From NCBI GenBank assembly GCA_964628435.1, contig CAZVON010000001.1:1-49919 (forward strand): DNA of 49,919 bases. Direction: 5' to 3'. The first letter of the stretch is position 1. Each line of letters begins with the position of its first letter. The notes beneath the pieces are model-generated. The model ran no database searches, was not told the origin of the DNA, and saw only the letters and a program-made list of their open reading frames with translations. This DNA is from an uncultured Gammaproteobacteria bacterium (lineage in GTDB: Bacteria; Patescibacteriota; Microgenomatia; Levybacterales; UBA12049). The position numbers and the translations under genes are program-made. Shown here one piece after another: positions 17,842 through 25,689 of the stretch.

Positions 17842-19132
17842 TTAAAAGCCCAAGGATATCTTTCGTTATTCGTTCAAGTCCCATCGCAAACCCTCCTTCT
17901 GGTGGCATACCGTATTGAAATGCCTGCAAATACATGGAAAAATACTTAGGATTATTCCCACGCTGCTTAATTTTTTCGATAAGCATATTGTAGTCATGTA
18001 TACGTTGTCCACCAGTTACCCATTCTTCGTTAACACCAAGTAGATCAAAACTAAGAGTATACTCCGAATCATGTGGATCTGGCATTGTATAAAATGGTCG
18101 TTTCTTTGTCGGGAAGTGTGTAATAAATACAAATGGTATGCCATACTCCTCTTGCGCCCAGAGACAAATTTCTTTTTCATCAGATGGATCAAGATCTGGC
18201 TCGCTACGGTGATCTCTATTGGTTCTTTGAAAAATTATTTCTTGTGCTTCTCGCATTTTTATTCTCGGAAACGTTTTATCATATATATCTAACACACCAA
18301 CATCCAAAAGCTTAAGCTCTTGCCTATTGTTTTCTTTTACAGCCGTAAATATATCTTTAATAATCAATTCTGCGGTATCCATTACGTCAGTATAAGACTC
18401 AATAAATCCCATTTCTGCGTCTAAACTTACATACTCTGAAAGGTGACGGGTAGTAACTGAGGGCTCGGCACGGTATGCATGAGCAATAGTAAATACCCGT
18501 TCAAAAATCGACACCATCATTTGTTTATAAAATTGTGGAGATTGACCAAGATATGCTTTGCTCCCATAGTAATCAATTGAAAAAACTTCTGCTCCTCCTT
18601 CAGTTGCAGTTGGTACAATGGTAGGAACAAAAATTTCTGTAAAGCCTTGACCACTAAGTGTCTGTCGAAAAGATTTAACAATTGTTTCCTGTACTTTAAA
18701 AATTGCAGAAATTTTCGGATGGCGTAGCGCAAGCGTTCGATGATCCAGTAGTGTCTGCAGTTCTAGTTTCAGTTCTTTCCCTCCCATGTCAAAGGGAAGT
18801 TCAGCAGCTTCTGAAATAATGCTGATTTCTGTTGCCTCTAGTTCTAGACTACCGGTGGAAACCAGTGGATTTACATACCTTTCTTCTCTTTTTTTTACAA
18901 GACCAATAACTTTTACAACATCTTGCGGATGAAGCTTTGATAGAGTATCTAACGCCGACTCATCAAGCACGGCAACTTGCAAAATTCCAGATCGGTCTTT
19001 TATATCAAAAAAGGCAATTTTCCCGTGTCGCCGAATGGTTTGAATCCACCCAACAATACTAACTTTCTCTCCAACGTGAGAAAGACAATCAATGCCCAAA
19101 ATTCTTTTTGATGTAAATATGTTCTGCACCAT
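17753..19132 (-). CDS. aspS: Aspartate--tRNA ligase, archaeal/eukaryotic type (class IIb)
   Basis: OB-fold N-terminus (KIAFFDIKDRSGILQV), motif 2 YRAEPSVTTRHLSEYVSLDAEMGF, and GGQRIHD...GMPPEGGFAMGLERI. Confidence 0.8.
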   Translation of the reverse strand: MVQNIFTSKRILGIDCLSHVGEKVSIVGWIQTIRRHGKIAFFDIKDRSGILQVAVLDESALDTLSKLHPQDVVKVIGLVKKREERYVNPLVSTGSLELEATEISIISEAAELPFDMGGKELKLELQTLLDHRTLALRHPKISAIFKVQETIVKSFRQTLSGQGFTEIFVPTIVPTATEGGAEVFSIDYYGSKAYLGQSPQFYKQMMVSIFERVFTIAHAYRAEPSVTTRHLSEYVSLDAEMGFIESYTDVMDTAELIIKDIFTAVKENNRQELKLLDVGVLDIYDKTFPRIKMREAQEIIFQRTNRDHRSEPDLDPSDEKEICLWAQEEYGIPFVFITHFPTKKRPFYTMPDPHDSEYTLSFDLLGVNEEWVTGGQRIHDYNMLIEKIKQRGNNPKYFSMYLQAFQYGMPPEGGFAMGLERITKDILGLLNVRESSLFPRDMDRVDERLSQLTNISKHP

Positions 19133-19144
19133 TTGCTATTTGTT

Positions 19145-19173
19145 ATTGTAGCGATAATTTAACATCTTGACAA
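19145..19173 (-). promoter_or_regulatory. Candidate aspS promoter
   Basis: On the minus strand: TTGTCA (19173-19168), a 17-nt spacer, then TACAAT (19150-19145). The ATG at 19132 implies a very short leader. Confidence 0.45.
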
Positions 19174-19283
19174 GACAATATTGTCGCACTAAATTTTTAC
19201 CGTGTGTAGGAAGACAAGTTTTTTTTGGAGCAAGGCGAAATTGCAATACGAGCACATCTACTGACATAAAGAAGATAAACACG

Positions 19284-21068
19284 TCAATGATGTGCCTTAA
19301 TATCTTTTATCTTTAATTGCAAATTCGTACTGCCATTCCACTTGTTCTCGTCTATTGTATATACAATGTCTACATGATCTCCAATATGAAAGTTATGACT
19401 TCTCTCCCCCAATCCAAATCCTATTGCATCAATTTTGAATTCTTGTCCTGAGTCTTGCCGAAGGAACTTGTCCTGAGCTCCTCGAGTCTGAACGACTTCG
19501 GAGTCGAAGACTTGTCGAAGGATTGAATTTTGAACTTTGAACTTCACATGGTTTCTTTCCCTTCCTATCAATCTCATATCATTAATGATTACGTTTCTGG
19601 ATACAAAAGTTGGCTCTGGGTTTCCCATTCCAAAAGGCGCAAGTTGTTGCAATGTTTGATAAACGAATGAATCAATACCTGAAAGCGGCAACTCACAATC
19701 AATTCGAAGAGTACGAGTAAGTTTATCTTCATGAAGTAATTCGTCCGCTAATTTTTCGAGTTTTTCTTTAAGAAGGGTAAGTTTTGCGGTTTCGACTGTA
19801 AAACCAGCAGCCATGGGATGACCACCAGCGTCTACTAAAAAATCTGATGCCATGCGAATAAACTCGATAATATTAAATCCAGAAACGGACCGTGCAGATG
19901 CTTTACTATGTATCTGTCCTTTAGCAATAACTATTGAAGGACGATAGTATTCTTCCACTAATTTTCCTGCTACCAAACCAATTACTCCTGGCTGATACGA
20001 TTCATGCGCAATGAATAATAGCTTTTTATTCGTAATTTCCAACTTACGATTCATTATTTCATTTTTTGCATGTTGCACAGTTTCTATGGTTAATTGTTGA
20101 CGACTTCTATTGGTATTTCCTAATATCTGAGCCAAATCTTGCGCTCTTTTTCTGCTATTTGTGCAGATAAGCCGAAGACTATCCATTGCGTACTCCAACC
20201 TTCCCATTGCATTTAATCGTGGAGCGATAATATGCCCAACTGCATAAGCATCAATTTCTTCACGGTTTATTGTAGCTTCTTTAAAAAGCTCAATGAACCC
20301 AAGTCTCTTGGTACTACGTAATGCTTCTAATCCAAACCTGGTGAGTACTCTATTTGCTCCAGTAAGTGGAACCAGATCCGCAATAGTTGCCAAGGCAACA
20401 AGCTCCAAGTGATTCTCGTTTTGACTTTTACCTTTTGACTTTTGCTTTTTGACTTCCTGTGCCAGTAAGTACGCCACTCCTGTTCCACAAAGTTTTGTTG
20501 TATAAACTATCGCCAAAGCATTTGGCAATTTTGTTGATCGAATATGATGGTCGGTAATAATCACATCAATCTGTTGTTTATGTGCAAATTCAACTGCCTC
20601 ATGTGCTACAATCCCGTTATCTACGGTAATTATCAACTTGAGATTTGGGATTTGAGATTGGAGATTTTCGATCCCTCGGATCGAGAGTCCGTATCCTTCA
20701 TCGATTCTATGAGGAATATATGGAGTTACCTGTGCGCCTAGACTATTGAGCGTTTCCCACAAAATCGCTGTCCCACAAATACCATCAACATCGTAGTCAC
20801 CAAATACTACAATTTGTTCCTGATTTTTTATTGCCCAACGAATTCTATCCAATGCTTTTTTGAGCTGTTTTTTGTCGATCCCTACCGCAACAACAGTTAC
20901 TTGGCCAAGACCAGGATCTAAAAATTCCTCTTTTTCTTTTTTTGAAGTCTGCCCTCTGTTTTCAAGAAGAAGTTCTACGAGTTCTTCAATTTTGAATTCT
21001 TTTCCTGAGTCTTGCCGAAGGATTGAATTTTGAATTTTGAATTTATTGATTATTTCCCATTTTTTCAT
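19284..21068 (-). CDS. recJ: Single-stranded-DNA-specific exonuclease RecJ (with two in-frame repeat-element insertions)
   Basis: DHH motifs VFGDYDVDGICGTAIL, DNGI and ITDHH, plus DHHA1 GGHPMAAGF. Confidence 0.9.
   Translation of the reverse strand: MKKWEIINKFKIQNSILRQDSGKEFKIEELVELLLENRGQTSKKEKEEFLDPGLGQVTVVAVGIDKKQLKKALDRIRWAIKNQEQIVVFGDYDVDGICGTAILWETLNSLGAQVTPYIPHRIDEGYGLSIRGIENLQSQIPNLKLIITVDNGIVAHEAVEFAHKQQIDVIITDHHIRSTKLPNALAIVYTTKLCGTGVAYLLAQEVKKQKSKGKSQNENHLELVALATIADLVPLTGANRVLTRFGLEALRSTKRLGFIELFKEATINREEIDAYAVGHIIAPRLNAMGRLEYAMDSLRLICTNSRKRAQDLAQILGNTNRSRQQLTIETVQHAKNEIMNRKLEITNKKLLFIAHESYQPGVIGLVAGKLVEEYYRPSIVIAKGQIHSKASARSVSGFNIIEFIRMASDFLVDAGGHPMAAGFTVETAKLTLLKEKLEKLADELLHEDKLTRTLRIDCELPLSGIDSFVYQTLQQLAPFGMGNPEPTFVSRNVIINDMRLIGRERNHVKFKVQNSILRQVFDSEVVQTRGAQDKFLRQDSGQEFKIDAIGFGLGERSHNFHIGDHVDIVYTIDENKWNGSTNLQLKIKDIKAHH
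19429..19544 (-). repeat. Repeat element copy B (expanded, 113-116 nt) in frame in the recJ C-terminal domain
   Basis: Both arms match copy A, with an extra 57 nt in between. It encodes KFKVQNSILRQVFDSEVVQTRGAQDKFLRQDSGQEFKID. Confidence 0.8.
20986..21044 (-). repeat. Repeat element copy A (about 56 nt) in frame near the recJ N-terminus
   Basis: The + strand reads TCAATTTTGAATTCTTTTCCTGAGTCTTGCCGAAGGATTGAATTTTGAATTTTGAA. It encodes KFKIQNSILRQDSGKEFKIE. Confidence 0.8.
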
Positions 21069-21108
21069 AAAATTTCATCTGCTATACTATAGCAAACATA
21101 TCAACTTA

Positions 21109-22485
21109 ATGAAAGAAAATATTCCATCAACTGTTAATAATATTTATAACTCATTTCAACAAGCAGGATACCACGTGTACCTGGTAGGTGGATGTGTACG
21201 AAATTTGTTGTTAAAAAAGCCAGTTAAAGACTGGGATCTAACTACGAATGCGACCCCAGAAGAAATTCTCAAACTTTTTCCAAACGGATTTTATGACAAC
21301 ACATTTGGAACTGTCGGTATCCCAGCTGTTATCGAAAACCAAGACAAAGTAGTCGAAATCACAACCTTTAGAACAGAGCAAGGATATACAGATCGAAGAA
21401 GACCAGATATTGTTGAGTGGGGCAAGACTATTCAAGAAGATCTTGCAAGACGAGATTTCACTATTAATGCAATCGCTCTTCGCTTTGCTGAATCTACTCA
21501 AAACAATGAACCTGATCTAGAAATTATTGATCCCTATTATGGACAAAAAGACTTATCTCAAGGCATTATCCGAGCAGTTGGAGACCCGAATAAGCGGTTT
21601 AAAGAAGATGCGCTACGTCTTTTACGAGCTATTCGATTAGCAACCACTTACTCTTTTACAATTGAAAACCAAACATGGAAAGAAATGGTAAATGATGTTT
21701 ATCTTATTAAAAATATTTCAACAGAGCGCATTCGAGTAGAGTTATTGCGGATTTTAGAAAGTGAATTTCCGTACGAAGGAATTATGCTTTTAAAAAACTC
21801 AGGACTTCTTCACCATATTCTCCCGGAGCTTATGGATGGAGTTGAAGTATCTCAAATCCGTCCAGGCAGACATCATACAACCGATGTGTTTACCCATAAT
21901 ATTCTCTCGTTAAAATTCTGTCCCTCTCATGATCCTATTGTTCGGTTTGCAACGCTTTTGCATGACATTGGAAAACCAAAAGTTAAGTCAACTGATCAAG
22001 AAGGATTGGTAATTTTCCATAATCACGAAATAGTCGGCGCAAAAATAGCAAGAGATATTTGCGATCGGCTAAAATTTTCTAAAAAAGATCGCAATAAAAT
22101 TGTTACTCTGATTCGTTGGCACATGTTTACGGTTGACGAAAACATAACTGACGCGGCAGTGCGGCGATTTATCCGACGAATTGGTGTGGAAAACGTACAA
22201 GACATGATTGACCTTCGTATTGGTGATCGACTGGGTGGAGGCACTCAAACATCAGAAAGTTGGCGTCTGAAGTTATTTAAAAAACGTATTGAAGAACAAC
22301 TTAAACCAGCACCTTTTTCGATTAACGATATGGTAATTGATGGTCATGATATCATGAAAGAACTACACATTAAACCAGGGCCGAAAATAGGAGATTTACT
22401 TCAAAAATTATTTGAAGAAGTTGATGAAGACTTATCAAAAAATAATAGAGAGTATTTAATCACGCGGCTTAAACAACTGGCGTAA
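21109..22485 (+). CDS. cca: CCA-adding tRNA nucleotidyltransferase with HD domain
   Basis: YLVGGCVRNLLL..DWDLTT head motif, RRDFTINA, and an HD region (LLHDIGKP). The ATG at 21109 is preferred because the track start at 21037 overlaps recJ. Confidence 0.9.
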   Translation: MKENIPSTVNNIYNSFQQAGYHVYLVGGCVRNLLLKKPVKDWDLTTNATPEEILKLFPNGFYDNTFGTVGIPAVIENQDKVVEITTFRTEQGYTDRRRPDIVEWGKTIQEDLARRDFTINAIALRFAESTQNNEPDLEIIDPYYGQKDLSQGIIRAVGDPNKRFKEDALRLLRAIRLATTYSFTIENQTWKEMVNDVYLIKNISTERIRVELLRILESEFPYEGIMLLKNSGLLHHILPELMDGVEVSQIRPGRHHTTDVFTHNILSLKFCPSHDPIVRFATLLHDIGKPKVKSTDQEGLVIFHNHEIVGAKIARDICDRLKFSKKDRNKIVTLIRWHMFTVDENITDAAVRRFIRRIGVENVQDMIDLRIGDRLGGGTQTSESWRLKLFKKRIEEQLKPAPFSINDMVIDGHDIMKELHIKPGPKIGDLLQKLFEEVDEDLSKNNREYLITRLKQLA

Positions 22486-22540
22486 TCTCCTGACACATTA
22501 TATATCACTGCATAGTGAAATATTCCTGTATAATAATTCT

Positions 22541-23470
22541 ATGGAAAACGTTTTAGAGGTCAAAAACCTCACGAAAGAGTTTGGCGATTTTACCGCCGTT
22601 AACAATATCTCCTTCTCGCTTAAGGATGGGGAGATTTTGGGCTTGCTTGGTCCAAACGGTGCCGGAAAAACTACAACTATACAAATGCTTCTAGGAGTTT
22701 TAGGGCCAAGTTCAGGAAGTATTACCTATTTTGGTCTGCCTCTCAAAACGCGAAAAGACACAATAATGGAAAAAGTTAACTTTTCCTCAACGTATGTTAA
22801 TCTTCCTTGGAATTTAACTGTATGGGAAAACCTTCATTTTATTTCCTATTTATATGACATACCGAATCGAAAAGAACGAATTAAAAAAATTGCACACATT
22901 TTTCAACTTGAAGATCTACTGCATAAAAGACAAGGAAGTTTATCTGCTGGACAACAAACACGGGTTAACTTGGCAAAAGGATTTATTAATTTTCCAAAAG
23001 TACTCCTCCTTGATGAACCAACTGCTTCTCTTGATATTGAAATTGCCGATATGATTAGGAAATTTCTCGTGGAACAGAGAGAAAAGTTTAATATTTCTAT
23101 CATATTAACGTCTCATAATATGGCAGAAGTTGAGGAACTATGTGATAGAATAATTTTTATTCACAACGGAGAAATAATCGCAGATGATACACCAGAAAAT
23201 TTAGCAAAAAGCATCCAAATTGCTCATGTTGAACTTCGTATGAAAGATTCCCTAGATAAAGCTATTAAATACTGTAACGATAAAAATATACCAATGAAAA
23301 CATACAGAAAACAGATTGTAATAGACATCAACGAGAAAAATATTCCAGAGCTACTCAAAGACTTAATGCAACAAGGGGTAAATTACGACGAAATTAGTAT
23401 AGAAAAACCACCGCTTGAAGACTATTTTTTCCAAGTTGTGTCGGATGATAAAAAATATGAAAACACATAG
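22541..23470 (+). CDS. ABC transporter ATP-binding protein (ABC-2 exporter type)
   Basis: Walker [10 protein letters not shown], signature LSAGQQ and Walker B LLLDEP. Confidence 0.9.
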   Translation: MENVLEVKNLTKEFGDFTAVNNISFSLKDGEILGLLGPNGAGKTTTIQMLLGVLGPSSGSITYFGLPLKTRKDTIMEKVNFSSTYVNLPWNLTVWENLHFISYLYDIPNRKERIKKIAHIFQLEDLLHKRQGSLSAGQQTRVNLAKGFINFPKVLLLDEPTASLDIEIADMIRKFLVEQREKFNISIILTSHNMAEVEELCDRIIFIHNGEIIADDTPENLAKSIQIAHVELRMKDSLDKAIKYCNDKNIPMKTYRKQIVIDINEKNIPELLKDLMQQGVNYDEISIEKPPLEDYFFQVVSDDKKYENT

Positions 23471-24242
23471 AATATTTGCTATTATTTTACGGAATCTGTA
23501 TGGATTTAGACGCAACTATGACCGTGTATTCGACGCATTCTGGTGGCCTACATTGGAATTAGTTTTGTGGGGACTAACCGGATCATACCTTATACAGCTT
23601 GTCCCAGACTTTTCGGAAATCTTGTTTATTATTGTATCAGGAATCACCTTCTGGTTTGTTGTTGGCCGTTCTCAGTATGAAATCAATGTTGCACTTTTGG
23701 AAGAAATATGGTCTAGAAATCTCATTAATATTTTTGTATCTCCAATAAAGTTTTCTGAATGGGTTATTAGTATTATAATTATTGGCGTGTTAAAGGCAAT
23801 GATAAGCTTTATTGCATCAGTCATTGTAGCCTATGTTCTTTATAAAGTTCATTTTTTTATCTACGGATTTTATTTGATTCCTCTTATTTTCTTGCTTCTT
23901 ATGACTGGATGGTGGGTAAGCTTTTTTATTACAGGACTTATTTTACGATACGGATCTCGGGTACAAACATTTGCATGGACGCTAATTGCAGCATTTGCAC
24001 CTTTGTCTGCAATTTATTATCCTGTCTCTGTTCTTCCCCAAAACGTACAAGTAATTTCATTTATTTTACCTACTACATATATTTTTCAAGGAATACGTAG
24101 TATTATTACCAAAGGAACTATCGATAACACCTTACTTCTGAGCAGTTTCTTATTAAATATATTCTATCTAATTCTTTCTATTGTCTACTTAAAAAGAAGT
24201 TTTTCTCTAGTACTAAAAAAAGGAATGTCGCAAGTTCAATAA
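23457..24242 (+). CDS. ABC-2 type transporter permease
   Basis: Polytopic protein of about 260 aa. Its ATG at 23457 overlaps the end of the ATPase gene by 14 nt. Confidence 0.75.
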   Translation: MKTHRIFAIILRNLYGFRRNYDRVFDAFWWPTLELVLWGLTGSYLIQLVPDFSEILFIIVSGITFWFVVGRSQYEINVALLEEIWSRNLINIFVSPIKFSEWVISIIIIGVLKAMISFIASVIVAYVLYKVHFFIYGFYLIPLIFLLLMTGWWVSFFITGLILRYGSRVQTFAWTLIAAFAPLSAIYYPVSVLPQNVQVISFILPTTYIFQGIRSIITKGTIDNTLLLSSFLLNIFYLILSIVYLKRSFSLVLKKGMSQVQ

Positions 24243-24260
24243 ATTCAATACAATTCTGTT

Positions 24261-24719
24261 ATGACAAAGCAACAATTGCGTGATGCATTAAAACAAGCAA
24301 TGCTTGCGAGAGATATAATAAAAACTTCGGTTTTGAGAATGCTTTTATCTGCAATTAGTTACCATGAGATTCAAAAAGGAGGAGCAGGATACGAAGCAGA
24401 AGAAGACGACATATTAACAGTTATCCAAAAGGAAACTAAACAACACAAAGATTCAATAGAACAATTCAAAAACGCCAATCGACAAGATTTGGTAGATAAG
24501 GAAACCAAAGAGCTTGAGATTCTAAAATCATACCTTCCACAACAAATGAGTGAAGAAGACGTAAAAAAGATTGTCCAGGAAACTATCCAAGAACTTGGCG
24601 TATCCACACTTCAAGAGAAGGGAAAAGTTATGCAAGCCCTCATGCCAAAATTAAAAGGCAAAGCAGACGGAGGATTAATCAGCAAGATTGTTAAAGAAGA
24701 ACTATCCAAAAATTCTTAA
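24261..24719 (+). CDS. yqeY: GatB/YqeY domain-containing protein
   Basis: LRDALKQAMLARD...VLRMLLSAI...YLPQQMSEEDV...KGKADGGLISKIVKEEL is typical of YqeY. Confidence 0.85.
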   Translation: MTKQQLRDALKQAMLARDIIKTSVLRMLLSAISYHEIQKGGAGYEAEEDDILTVIQKETKQHKDSIEQFKNANRQDLVDKETKELEILKSYLPQQMSEEDVKKIVQETIQELGVSTLQEKGKVMQALMPKLKGKADGGLISKIVKEELSKNS

Positions 24720-25630
24720 TTCTTATTCTTAATTCTGTTTCTGGTCCATTCTTGCCAAACTACCAAGAGCGGGGAAGCGTTGAAAATGGAAGAATAGGTT
24801 CCGCTTAAAATTCCTACTAACAACGCCACAATAAACCACTTTGTGCTTTCGCCTCCAAATAACAAAAGAGTAAATAGTACTAGAAGCACAGTTAAGGAAG
24901 TATTTAACGAACGGGTAAATGTCTGCAAGATTGATTCATTCACCACAAAAGCAAATGGAGACGTTGGCAGTCGTTTAAGATTCTCCCGAATTCTATCAAA
25001 TACAACAATCGTGTCATGAACAGAAAACCCAATAATGGTTAAAATGGCTGTTACAAAAAGGCTATCTACCTCCACCCCATACACTTGTCCAAGAATCGAA
25101 AAAACACCTACGACAATTAAAATATCGTGAATAAGAGCAATGATTGCACAAACGCCAAAACGCCAACTACTAGCAGGTTTTGGCACAGAACGAAACGACC
25201 AAGCAATATATAAAACAATCAAAAACGCCGCTAGAATAATGGCTTTAAATGCATTTTGCGTTATCTCGTTTCCAATTGTTGGTCCAATAGTTTCAAAACT
25301 TAACTCTTTCACATTCTTAAATTCTTTATCTAATTCTTGTAGTATTTCTTGATGTTTTTTTTGATCAAGCGGCTTTGTCCGAATAATATATATATCTTCC
25401 CCAGATTTCTGTGCTGAGCTTATTGCTACTCCCTTCGATTTGAGAATATCATTGAATTTTGCTTGCCCGCCGAAGTCTTGGCGAAGGCGGGAGCTTTGAA
25501 TTTCCATTCTGCTTCCACCAGTAAAATCAATTGATGGTTTTAAACCATATAAAGTAAGTGAAATAATCCCTGGAATTAGTACCACAAGGGAGATAAAAAA
25601 GTATACATATTTTTTACCAACGATATCCAT
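24716..25630 (-). CDS. secF: Protein translocase subunit SecF
   Basis: IDFTGG motif, 6 TM segments, and HDTIVVFDRIREN. Confidence 0.9.
   Translation of the reverse strand: MDIVGKKYVYFFISLVVLIPGIISLTLYGLKPSIDFTGGSRMEIQSSRLRQDFGGQAKFNDILKSKGVAISSAQKSGEDIYIIRTKPLDQKKHQEILQELDKEFKNVKELSFETIGPTIGNEITQNAFKAIILAAFLIVLYIAWSFRSVPKPASSWRFGVCAIIALIHDILIVVGVFSILGQVYGVEVDSLFVTAILTIIGFSVHDTIVVFDRIRENLKRLPTSPFAFVVNESILQTFTRSLNTSLTVLLVLFTLLLFGGESTKWFIVALLVGILSGTYSSIFNASPLLVVWQEWTRNRIKNKN
25449..25504 (-). repeat. Repeat element copy C (diverged) in frame in secF
   Basis: The + strand reads TCATTGAATTTTGCTTGCCCGCCGAAGTCTTGGCGAAGGCGGGAGCTTTGAATTTC. The core GTCTTG(G)CGAAGG is shared with the recJ copies. It encodes EIQSSRLRQDFGGQAKFND. 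Confidence 0.65.
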
Positions 25631-25689
25631 ATTTACGAAATTTCAAATATCAAATAAATACCAATCAACAAATTCCAAATAATACACCA

